Below are positions 40,001 to 52,176 of a stretch of 59,801 nt of DNA, one piece after another. This DNA is from Intoshia linei (Eukaryota; Animalia; Orthonectida). Position numbers and translations under genes: made by a program. The stretch lies in contig LWCA01000077.1 in NCBI GenBank assembly GCA_001642005.1, forward strand, positions 1 to 59,801, written 5' to 3'. The notes beneath the pieces are model-generated. The model was not told the origin of the DNA. It did not search any database and worked only from the letters and a program-made list of their open reading frames with translations. How positions within the stretch are numbered: the stretch's first letter is position 1; every line of letters starts with the position of its first letter.

Positions 40001-43000
40001 CAGAAATCACCAACGCTGTACCCGCACAAATTAGTTATTTTATACACATTTTTTACGTTTTTTAAATATTTTTTTCTGTTTTTTTTGATGCATTTTTCAA
40101 TGTAAACCAGGTTTCTTAACATTAAATTTATCGATGGAGTATCGGGCATCAGTTTCATAGTTAACTAGTTAATTTTAGTTATTTGGTTATACAAATAAAT
40201 TTGTTTTCGAAATACATTTTAATTAAAATTTCAATTATTGGTAACAATAATTATTAATTTGGAAGGATTTTTAGAATCAAAATATGACGTGAACTTATTA
40301 TTTAAAGGGATTCTTTATATCCACACTTGTTTATTCTATAAAACGACTCTCCTATTTCTTCTGTACTCTAAAACTGTACTGTATTAACAAATTATTATTA
40401 TTCAATTTTGTAGGTTCATGAGATTTATATTAAAAAAATTGGGAGTACGGCGGAATAAATTTGGCGATTATTACCAGAAAATATTACCACGTCATAATAT
40501 ATGCGATAATAATTTTGAAAATTTTATAAAATATTACCCGTATCAAAAATTTTATAAATGGCGCAATTAAAATTTCCAAAGTAAAAATAATTGCGATAGT
40601 AATGAGTAAAATTTATAAAATATTACCTGTATCAAAAAATTAAAAATAGCGCAATTAAAATAACCAAAATAAAAATTGTAATTCTTTATAATATAAAGCA
40701 TATCCTTAATTAAATGACAACAAAATATTTATAGCGTGAGTAGTTATAAGCCTTTTTAAGTGATGTACAATTGATGTATCATATGTGGATTTAAAAGGGT
40801 TAAAGCATAATTACAATAAAAACCCCAAACACTTAAACAAAACCGTCAAACGGACTGTAACATACATGTATGTAATGAAAACCTTTTTAGAGAATGCAGT
40901 GTGATAACCAGGGCCCAATGGATTTGATTGGACATCAGTGTGCACAAGATTAGCACCACTACTAAAATGCAATTCTATACGAAATCTTTCATCAGAATCA
41001 ATATCTTTCTGAGGGTCTTCATACAACAAAAATATAATTTGAGTCAAATAATTAAACTCTGAAATATTCTCCAAATACTTTAAAGATCGACTCCATTGTT
41101 CATCATCCTTTCTAAAAATGTCACCATATCTCAGAATAGAAGCTAAACCATGAATATGGCTTTCAGAAGTAAAATAGAGTCTCGTTTTTACATGGCGTTG
41201 TGGTGTGGAAACGCCCTTTGAGTATATAGAGTTTAGTCGAGTAGCATTTTCAGTTTCTTCGTTGGATGAAAGGTCACTATAAATTTTTCGCAAAAGAGGT
41301 GTGCAAATTTCCTGACCAATTGATAATTTTTCTTGAGAAGAGATACCGTATTCCAGAGGAACGACAACATCAGCCATTAATTGAGACAGAGAATAAATTT
41401 CGTTTAAAATATCACATTTTAGAATTGAATTGTGTAAAAAATCGTATTTGGCGCAATCGTAAATGTCAGGGATTTTGCTGGTATTAAAACGATCGTTTGT
41501 AGTCATAAAATCCTTAGCAAGTTTCCACCACCTTTGTAATACAGTATCATGGGTTTCATTAGAATAATATCTAAACACTTCAGTTTTTTCTACTGATCTA
41601 AACACTTCTTCAATGTAAACTAGGAATAGGTTTATCAGTGTGTATAGGCGCTTACAACACATGAATGGGTTTCGTAATTTTAATAACGCACGTATGACGG
41701 AATTTTCAGAGTCTTTAGATAAAATTTTGTAAATGTCTTCCAATTCTAAATCCTTGTCTTTATTGAATAATTTTTGGAGGACTAATTTGTGACTCATTTT
41801 GTCGTAATTTTGCCTGGATGAATTATCGAGTAGGCTACTAGTATTTGCAGATTTAACCATCTGTACTAGTATGGGCGGAAGTTCACCTTCCAGCATTAAA
41901 AACCCTTTTGCAAATGCCGCGGCAGTCATTTGCACTCGTCCTTCGTCAGAAGCGTAAATTTTCAAATCGTGTCTAAATGTACTGTGTAAGCGTAGTAAAC
42001 CTAATCCAGGTTTACCATATTTCCCTTGACCTCCAGGGTACATACAGCTATACGCTCTACCTAGTTCTTCAGCCTGAATTATACCCGTTGGTGTTAGTTC
42101 TCCACCCCATTTTAAAATTAGCACTAAGACTGGTTCTTCGTGTGGTTCTTTATTTAGACACGTTGAACTATGGTCCAGAGAGGAAGAGTATACAATGTCT
42201 GAACTACCCAATTTTTTTAGAAATTTTAATTGTACTTTTCTATTTATACCAGAAAAATGGTCATACATTTCCAACACGCTTTTTAATTGCTCCAACTTTT
42301 GTGTTTTTTCTATTACTGGACCTTGTTCTACGTCATTGAGAAGTTGCCGAGCAATTTCCAACACTTTTTGAAGGGAACTTGGTGTTTTAAGTTTGATTCG
42401 ACCCGTTTTGTATCCATTGTACTCTTCAAATAGTTTATAAAATTTACTGTTGTAAACCTGCATTTTCATTTTTTGTTTTGGTGTTCGATCGCCATGTCGC
42501 ATAACAGCAATTATACATCGAAGTTCCATCATATCGCCAGACGAGGTTACAATTTTACGAATATCCTCTTGATGGTAATCTATACTGTACGGCAACTTTA
42601 ACGCCGGTGCCAATTTCCGCAATATCATATTTCCTAAAATCTTTGCACAATCATCGTAATACTTTTTAGAATTTTTTACAAAGCTAAATCCATTCACGTC
42701 ACAAACATAAGATTCCCCATTCATACGTAAAATATCAAAACCGCAAACAGTTTGCTTAAATCCAAGGCAAATTTTTCTGGCAATCATTTTTTCTTTTGCA
42801 GATAGAATAACTGGATGTCTACATTCCTTACCATCAGCATCTCTTTCCACTTTTCCATCTAATGCAGGTGCTTTACGAGCTTCCGCGTGAGCATAATCCA
42901 ACCCGACCGTATACACCTTAACATCTGTTCCATCAGTCGCCATAAATTCCTCGTATATATAGCATCCATTGGTTCTAATGGTAGAAACTTTTGAATATAC

Positions 43001-43564
43001 ACTGCTCCTACTACCAACTTTTCTAAACAACCTCTGACTGCCACCACCAGCTGAAGATGGAAAGTAAATGTAAATGTTGTGATTTTCCGCTGATATGGGT
43101 TTTTCTACAAACGGTTTTGGAAACTTTTGGTTATCAATAATAAGTGTATCATCTTCAATGTAGTAATTTTTGTTTTCGAGGGAATGATCTATCACAGCAT
43201 ATCGAGGAATACAAATATTGCTCTTTTCTAAAGCTTGATAAACTTTTAGTCGATTTTGCAATAAATATTGATCGTCGCATTGGTTTATAAGGTATGGTTT
43301 TCGGAGAGTGGCGTATCGAATTGCTTTATGTAGTGGAAATCCAACTGAATAAAAAGTTATTAGACAATCACATAACGGCCATGTTTCAATGGGTTCATTG
43401 AGTATTAGTCTTTCATCGAAAATAAAACACTCAATGTGATCAAATTTTCGCAGTCTTTTTAAAATTTCATTCATAGGGTTGGAATGCGATTTCTTGGACA
43501 TGGAACATACTCCTACCACCACCATTTTTCGATTTATTTTTAAATTGTACTTTTTGGAAGACAT
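37069..43564 (-). CDS. PPIP5K: Inositol hexakisphosphate/PP-InsP5 kinase (Vip1/PPIP5K)
   Basis: A 2.7-kb first exon (43564-~40883) encodes the ATP-grasp kinase (VEKP, DVKVY, CDVNGFSFVK) and histidine phosphatase (RHGDRTPKQK, RLYFTSESH). Downstream small exons include FVSTNVISG and LETLYNKETLKHFLSF (cf. LFSTAVISG, LETLHNALSLKQV), with the stop at 37069. The middle exons are uncertain. Confidence 0.93.
38340..39350 (+). pseudogene. Ty3/gypsy pol remnant (protease end + RT), antisense within a PPIP5K intron
   Basis: PILGNDFL; KKDDSDHLCVDHRNLNFITKKDSYP; DREKIAF; LSFDVKNGPGACQR; YMDG (broken YxDD); KC..LKFFGH; QRFLG. Stops, frameshifts and deletions are present, and no LTRs were seen. Confidence 0.9.
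40440..40680. repeat. Intronic ~90-bp direct duplication / MITE remnant
   Basis: ataaaatattacc(c/t)gtatcaaaaatt..gcgcaattaaaat occurs at ~40526 and ~40615. Confidence 0.6.
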
Positions 43565-44309
43565 GCAAATACCTTCTTTTAAAATCAATACAATATTTTT
43601 GCAGTGCAATATGACAACTCGTTAATTAGCACAATATAAACGCATACATTTAGTAATTTATTATTGTATCAATATTTGTATTATTTTCAAGTGATGTTAT
43701 GTTAAGTATTTACATGAATGAAAATTATCATCATTTTGAATCATTTAATATAGAATAAAAGAAGCAGTGTTTTGCGACTGAGGTCGGTGAGGTGAATAAC
43801 TGAAGCTGGAATAATTCAACAATTTTACACTTTGATTAAATTGAATGTCTCCATTTAGTATAAATCACCACCGAGAAAATTATATAAAATGCTACTACAG
43901 TATTACAAAGTGTTTTTCTGCAAATTCAATAGTAAATTATTACGATAAAATGAATAAAATTTTGTTACTATTGATTTTCAAATTTAATTTAAGAATAAAT
44001 TTAATCTGCTGTTGTGTACATTTTCAAAACAACATGGCGCTTGGAAGTGTCAGCTTAGAATTTAAGCCTTAAATGACTCAGCTACTCGAGCTTGTCGAGT
44101 CGAGCAGTCTACGATAAGTGCTCGTACGCATTAAAAAACAGACATTCAGTGATACCGAGTATATATCCAGAGATGAACAAATATTTAAAATTAAGTTTAT
44201 TTTGACAATAAACGATTATAAAAAATAAAGCGTTTGAATTGAAAAGAATAAATACAAATTTATATTTTGTTTATTTTATAGAAAATGATGTAAATTTTAA
44301 TTTTTAAAA

Positions 44310-47185
44310 ATGTCACAAGCAAGAGACCGTTTAAAAGAATTTAAAAAGGTTTTAAATAAAATTTAAATTTAATATTATTATTAGAAAGCAGTAATAGATA
44401 CAAATGACCTAACAATCGATGTAGAAAATGGTTCCGACGAAATTAATTTTTTTCTAACCAGAGTATACTTTTAATATAATTTAATGTAACTACTTATATT
44501 CTATATCCGTTAAGTATCATAACGGTCCACGAAAAAGACAGATATGAAATATTTTCAGAGTAGATTATATAGAGTTCTGTAACACGGTCCCAATCACGTA
44601 CTTGATAATTTTATCAATAATAACCATCAACTAAATTTAATACAAACACTTAACCCAACTTTTAAAATCTCGTCAACACGATCCGAACCACATTTTGGAC
44701 CTTATTGCAGAACTCTTGGTCTGTATTTTATTTTAGTATTTTCAATTTAATAAATTTGATTTTATAATAGAGGTCCGAAATTTTCGAAAATCTTTCAAAT
44801 TTTGAAAGTTGTGTGATAAAATTTATTTTATTTCTAATTAGATAAGAAACCAGAAAAATGAATTGGATCAAATACAACAAAGTATATTGCACATTAAAAA
44901 AATGCAAACCAAAATATTAAGCAATCCAGCTTTAGACAATAGTACATTTACAATCTAAACGTCACATTTTTTAATTATCTAGAGACAAAAGATGAATTAG
45001 AAAATTTAATGCGAGAAGCCAAAAAATTATTTAACAATATTCGCAAAGAAATTAAAGGTATATAAAAAGGTATATTTATTTTTATATTTTTTTAGAAACA
45101 ACCAAAATCGTAACCGACGAAGAAAAGTCTACTAATGATAAATACATAGCGTCTGTTAGAATCAAAAGAACTCAAGTAAATATTATTTACTGGGACGTAG
45201 AAATTACCCGTTTTTGTACCATTCCAAGCGTTAATATCAATATTATTTACTTTTTAAAAAAAAAGCATTTTCCGTACAAAAAATAAATATAATGTAACTG
45301 ACCCTAAGCGGAAGAGAGTACTGAAGTATACAGCTCGTTTTCAATTTTCGGCCGGACACACATAACATTTGAGAAACACTGTTATATGGTATTAAAATGT
45401 AAAATAATTATAATTATTGTTAATGAGTGTTTATATATTAGCTAAATGCATTACTACGTCAATTTACTGAAATTACCAACGAATTTTATACATCTGAAAG
45501 CGATTATAAAGATCGATACAAACAAAAACTCAATGATCAACTTGCTATAAGTATTTTTAAATGCAGTCTAAGTCCTTAGTAACGGAATTGAAAATTTGGA
45601 AATTCTGTTAATATGTACTTTTCCCGTAGTAACGCACTTGTTAACGGAATTTAATTTTTCTAAATAAAAACCATTAAATGAGTTTTTGAATAATACATAC
45701 TCAAGTAATATACAGTCCACAGCAGTTTTTTGGGGTTCATGAAAAATTTTATCAATTTTAAATTATTTACAGAAATAAAATAAAGATATTTCCAGAATGG
45801 TAGTCATTATTTCTAATTAATGCCATCTAACTCAATATCTATTAAAAATTTGATAAAAATGTAATACATTGACTTGTAATTAGTATAATTTTATGTGTAT
45901 AATTCTATGAGTTTATTTTTATGATAGTCATTATAAATAGATTCTAGAGCTTAAGAGATAACATTTTTATTAACGGAATTTTTGGTTCGTACAAATTAGA
46001 AAATATAAATAATTCAAAATTTCATTAATAAAGATTTAGACTATATAAATATATTTATATGGTCCATTTCAGCGTAATTGATAATTTTAAAAAAAATTTA
46101 GCAGGTAAAAATCTACGACCAGAGGAAATTGATCAACTTATCGATAAAGGAGAAGCTTCTATATTTACCGAAGGAGTTAATTTTTTGTTAATATATAATG
46201 ACTTTTTAGATTATTGCCAATACAAAAGGAGCTATAGAGTCTGTTAAAGAAATTGAAAATACACATGCTGAAATTTTGAAAATTGCAAAAAATTTGGAAC
46301 AAATACATGAAATGTTTCAAGATATGAATAATTTAATTGTCGAACAGGTAAATTTTAAAATATCATTAAAATAAAGACTGTAAATTAATTTGTTAAATGA
46401 TAATTGAGACCACATGGTATCAGTTTTTATTTGAAAGCTACACTTGGGTCAGTTAATTTTGTAAATTTTATGTAAATAAATGTAAAAATTGTCTTCACAA
46501 ATTGGAAAATTTGTGATACATTGGGTATGTTTTGTTCCGTAAATATCTCATCGTCCAGTATTGGGTGATATCGCGCAGATTGGAAAAGAGTCAATTTAAA
46601 ATTTTATAAAATGTCAAAACTTGGGAAAATGGACCGTAAAATTAAATTAAATCGTTACATAGATTAAATTTAACGCATGTGAAAATTATTCACGTTATTG
46701 AGTAAATTTTTACTTTATGATGATTAAATGATGATACGTTCACTAATAATAATAATAATATTATTAGTTAAATAAATGATCGATACATTTCTAATTTATT
46801 ATTATTATTATTAACAAATTGTAAAAAAAGGTTATATTCGTGTTACTTAAAATTTTTCTTGTGGGCCACCTAGAATTTCCTGTGGATCACTTTGGGAACC
46901 ACTGTTTTAGGATGAAAGTTTATTTTTAGTTTTATTTAACTTTTAGGGTATTGAAGTGGATAATATCGAGCATAATATAATCGTAACGCAGGATTATGTA
47001 GAAAAGGCTAATGTTGATATTGAAAAAGCTGTAACATCTAAAGGCAAAACGAGAAAGGTAAACTGTTAATATTAATATTAAGTAATATGTAATTATGTTT
47101 TTAGAATAAATGCATTCTTCTAGTGATAGGAATAGTTATTTTAGTTATAATTATCATTTCAGTTTCAGTTTCCTTCGCTACTTAG
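44310..47185 (+). CDS. Syntaxin-1/plasma-membrane-type Qa-SNARE
   Basis: N-peptide ARDRLKEF; Habc (RIKRTQ); SNARE motif IENTHAEILKI..IHEMFQDMNNLIVEQGIEVDNIEHNI..DYVEKA; C-terminal TM CILLVIGIVILVIIIISV. Confidence 0.9.
45564..46043. mobile_element. pogo/Tigger-like MITE in a syntaxin intron
   Basis: Imperfect ~26-bp TIRs cagtctaagtccttagtaacggaatt / aatttcattaataaagatttagacta, plus internal taacggaa repeats. Confidence 0.6.
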
Positions 47186-48912
47186 TAACAACGTAAATGT
47201 TACATTTGTAATAAATATACCTACCTTTTTATTTACATTTATGTATTTGTTGGACTTTTTAAATTTTGAATGATCAGTTTTGGTTAGTGGTTTGGTTTTT
47301 AATTCCTAAAATTCGTAACAATACATAAATATTGATGATCTGTAAACATGGAAAATTTCATATCAAACATATTTACATCTTAATGCATATCCAGAGCTGT
47401 TATTTTTTAACACGATCTTATAAATTTTAACTTATACCAAAGTACAATGTATTACTGTAATTCCGTCTTTGTGTACTAATTATTCAACTTATTAGTTTTT
47501 GTACTTTACGATAATAATTGTTACTTCTTGGATTTTAATAAAATACTAATTATATTTTCAATTGGTTTTATATTCATATCATGGTACTCGTAGTAATTTT
47601 CTGATGAATCCTTGAAATTTTGAATTTTTGGACTTATATTACTGGCCATAAAGATGAACACTTCATGCTTGCTTACGAATGTCACCAACCCAAATCGGTA
47701 TCGATATAGCTGGAATGGTAAATGAAAAGTGGATTAATATGTCCAACACTTTAATAAATATTTGTGTTATGTAAATAAGCAGTATACGGGAGAAAATCTT
47801 TTCGAAATTGGAGTAAGTCTTACAGTAAGAGCAAAAAACTAAAATGAAAGGAACGATGAAATAATTTTTTAAATTTTTTTTTTAATATTGCGGCCCGCGA
47901 AATTTGCAAAATCTATTTTTTGGCCCTCACTTGTCATCTGTTTGGAACACTTTGATATATTATTAGTAGGGCGATTATTTTTTAATTAGGGCAAATTTTG
48001 ATATTTCATACGCACCAGATTACAATCACAATGATAGTAATTTTACGTGTATTAATTGGCTAATTAAAATTTGATTAAGTTCATAAAGTTAAAATAATAT
48101 TTTCAAAAGTTAAATTTTATTTTTAAAAGTTAAATTATATTTTCAAACATTAATTTTATTTTATGCATGATTGTAGTAAATAAACTTATTAATTTTTATA
48201 TCACTCACTAAAAGCAGTTTTTATTTATTCTTAACTTATTTCTATTCACAATATAGGTAATTTATCAATACTTTTATATCATTAATGTTTTTTTAAGCAT
48301 CACAAAATATGCGAAATCTAAATATAAAAAATTGGACAATATTACAAAACTTTATCCTAGTGAATTTACTAAGAATGACGACAATTTATTTTGTATGAAA
48401 TGTTGCGATGTTACTTTTACAAAATTAAATTTTGTTTAATTACACCGCAAATTAGCAAAACACAAGAGTTTTATGCATATTGTCAGTATTGGAAGTTCAA
48501 TTAAAACATCGAATGACTTTGCAACAGAAATGGCGGAAGCAATTCTATCTGCGGACATACTTTTAAAAAGTTAAATAACGTCAAGTTAAGAACAATATTT
48601 AAACAAAAGGGAATAATTTTGCGATCTGAAAGCAATTGCAGAAATAAAATTGATGATTTGTATTTGAATGAAAATAAATATTTGAATAAAAAGTTATTGT
48701 ATTAATAAATTAATCTATCATTATGGACGAAACTGATTTAAATGGATATAAGTACATTAATACTATGATCGGAACATTAGAAACACCTCAGAATGTAATA
48801 TTATATGATTGTAAAAATATTACAAGTAATATGAACGGACAAATGGTCATTCATACTCTTCATGATACAATTAAAAATAATTAAACAAAACAAAAAAACT
48901 TTTTAAAAGATA

Positions 48913-49951
48913 CAGTCAGTTTCATAATTACGTCAACACCTAGAAAATATTTATATATTTTATACTTTCATTAATTTATAAATAAAGCTAATTGCATTTT
49001 TTCATTTCATTTTGATGTCTATAATAGCTATGGATATACTTAAAATAATTAATATAAAAAGTCATGTTTTTGTTCATTTTAAAATTTATAACAATTGAAA
49101 CAAAATACAATTAATTTCAAATTTATCAAATGGACGATTCAAAAGTATGTCAACACTACCAGTTAATTTGGATTAATTAATCATTAAATTTATAGTTTTC
49201 ATCTGGCTCCATTGGATCTAAGGAATTGAATCAATGTGAATTAAATTTAATCAAAAAATTAAATGATGAATGCAAATCATTACGTGAAATTGGCCGACTC
49301 ATTGGCCGACTCATTGGCCGACACTATTCGACCATATCGAAGGCTCTAACGAGACTTCGCGATAATGTAATTGATGGGAAAGTGACAAGAACGAATCGAA
49401 AACGGTTATCGGACTGCCGCGAAGATAGAAATTTGGTTAGAATACATAACACAAGCAAACAGATGAGTTTACCACAGTTAAAATCTCAGTGGAACGTTGA
49501 GGCTAGCGCTAGTACAGTTCGAAGAAGGTTAATTGAAAATGGAATTAAAAGTTATTCTGCCACTAAAAGACCTCTTATATCTTTGGTGAACATATCTAAG
49601 CGATTAAAGTTTTGCACCGATCACGGAGGATGGTCTATGGATGATTGGAAAAATGTCATTTTTTCGGATAAATGCAATGTTGACATTAAACGAGGCCATA
49701 TTCGCCCAAAAATATGGAGAAGAAAAAATGAATCCTTGTCGGACTTCGCTGTTCGTGAGAATAACCGATTCTCAACAACGGTAATGATTTGGGGGTGTAT
49801 CTCAATGGAAAAAGGAAGTCGAGTAAAAATAGTATCCGGAAGATTAAATTCTATAGGATATAGAAACATCCTCAATGAGTCTCTAAAACCATTTTTAAAA
49901 GTTGGTGAATTTACTAATCCAAAATTTCAACAAGACAATGCTCCTTGCCAT
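48913..49951 (+). mobile_element. Tc1-family transposon, 5' copy truncated at the N (49952)
   Basis: TA|cagtcagtttcataattacgtcaacac TIR. Open transposase frame: HTH, S.STVRRRL, VIFSD, VMIWGCI, FQQDNAPCH. Confidence 0.93.
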
Positions 49952-49955
49952 NATA

Positions 49956-51553
49956 CAGTCAGTTTCATAATTACGTCAACACCTAGAAAATATTTATATA
50001 TTTTATACTTTCATTAATTTATAAATAAAACTAATTTCATTTGTATATCTATAATAGCTATGGATATACTTAAAATAATTAATATAAAAAGTTATGTTTT
50101 TGTTCATTCTTAAATTTATAACAATTGAAATAAAATTCAATTAATTTCAAATTTATCAAATGGACGATTAAAAAGTATGTCAACACTACCAGTTAATTTG
50201 GATTAATTAATCATTACATTTATATTTTTCATCTGGCTCCATTGGATCTAAGGAATTGAATCAATGTGAATTAAATTTAATCAAAAAATTAAATGATGAA
50301 GGCAAATCATTACGTGAAATGCGCCGACACTATTCGACCATATCGAAGGCTCTAAAGAGACTTCGCGATAATGTAATTGATGGGAAAATGATAAGAACGG
50401 GTCGAAAACGATTATCGGACTGCCGCCAAGATAGAAATTTGGTTAGAATACATAACACAAACAGATGAGCTTACCACAGTTGAAATCTCAGTGAAACGTT
50501 GAGGCTAGCGTTAGTCAGTTCAAAGAAGGTTAATTGAAAATGGAATTAAAATTTATTCTATTCTAGTATTCTAACATTTTCTATCTTTGGTGAACATATC
50601 CAAGCGATTAAAGTTTTGCACCGATCACGGAGGATGGTCTATGGATGATTGGAAAAATGTCATTTTCTCTGATAAATGCAATGTTGACATTAAACGAGGC
50701 CATATTCGCCCAAAAATATGGAGAAGAAAAAATGAATTTTTGTCAGACTTCGCTGTTTGTGAGAATAACCGATTCTCAACAACGGTAATGATTTGGGGAT
50801 GTATCTCAATGGAAAAAGGAAGTCGAGTAAAAATACTATCCGGAAGACTAAATTCTATAGGATATAGAAACATCCTCAATGAGTCTCTAAAACCATTTTT
50901 AGAACTCGGTGAATTTAGTAATATAATATTTCAACAAGACAATGCTCCTTGCTATGAAGCTTGCTTGGTATATTATATGAATACTTATTATAATTACGTT
51001 AAAGAAATTGTTTATTAGATAATTGATTGGATGCAAGAAAACGGTATACAATTAATGAATTGGCCCCCAAACAGCCCTGATCTTAACATCATAGAACACG
51101 TATGGCCCAGGCTCAAGTCAAGAATAAACAAAATATGCCAAAAAGTAAATACAGTAGCTGAACTTAGCGATATTATAACAAGGGAATGGTCAATCATTGT
51201 AACGCCACATTTTATAAAAAAATTATATTTAAGTATGCCGAATCGTATCAAGGCTTGCCATTTGTCAAAGGGAAATAATAAAAATTACTAATTATTTGAT
51301 AATAAACGTTTTAGACTATGTTTTGATATGTATTGACATACTTATGAATCGATTTTTCAACATTTAATTCTAAATTTACATGAAATTTTTAAATAACTTA
51401 ATCAATTATTATACATTATTGCAATCACAAAGTTTCATTTTATTAATATTCGAAAACTATTTACATTTACATTAATTTAGTTAGATTTTATTAAATTATA
51501 AATGAATTTAGAATGAAAACTATTTAGTGTTGACGTAATTATGAAACTGATTG
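49956..51553 (+). mobile_element. Full-length but inactivated Tc1 (DD34E, IR/DR-type ends)
   Basis: TA-flanked 27-bp TIRs (right end gtgttgacgtaattatgaaactgattg|TA) and inner repeats near 50167 and 51330. The transposase is frameshifted. Removing the 51-nt intron 50968-51018 gives D(34)E: DNAPCYEACL|IIDW..SPDLNIIE. Confidence 0.93.
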
Positions 51554-52176
51554 TAATTTTAAAAAATATTGGATTTTGTACTACAACAAATAATACACTT
51601 TTTATAAATCTTTATTAAGACTTAAATTAGGGATCGGAAACCTTTCGCATCTAGTGGACCACTTTTTTATTTTTTACAGGTGTATTAGAAATAGTAGATA
51701 TGACTAACGAGTACTAAATTCAAAAAAAATTATGAAACCCTGAATTAGATATTTACGGACATAAGACAACGCTGCTTGTTCTACAACAACTATGTAATAA
51801 TGGCAATACTATTAAGTTTTAAAATTTATATAACGGTGTTACAGCCAACAAGGCCCCAGAAATATTATTTAAATAAGAGATTTCATCACTGTTTAGAAAA
51901 AAATTTAACGAAAAAAACAACACTACGTGAATTTTTTTTCCAAAAGTTAAATAAATTTGATTTGTAAGTTAAATTTTTTTGTTTTTATAGGTTAAAAAAA
52001 ATCGCCCTAATTATTAGTAATATAAACTTTGAACAATATTGCAAAATTTATATTAAAATAATTTAAATAAAGTTATTTTTAATTGAATGAAACAAAATCC
52101 ATCTCCAATTATTTTATCGTTATATCATAACAACGCATTGAAAACATAATATTATCGCTTTTTTTGAAACTTTGAA

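Larger units (their letters stand above)
47967..52009 (+). mobile_element. Decayed hAT element with CGGBP1-like transposase remnant, interrupted by Tc1
   Basis: TIRs tagggcgatt / aatcgcccta and a perfect 8-bp TSD attattag (47959-47966, 52010-52017). Remnant peptides at 48310-48880: YPSEFTKNDDNLFCMKC (BED-like), DFATEMAEAILSADI..KLNN, IMDETDLNGYKYINTMIGTLE. Confidence 0.82.

Noticed and set aside
41266-43047. Overlapping ORFs 41266-41487, 41977-42339 and 42859-43047
   Set aside because: Shadow frames of the PPIP5K exon with no motifs.
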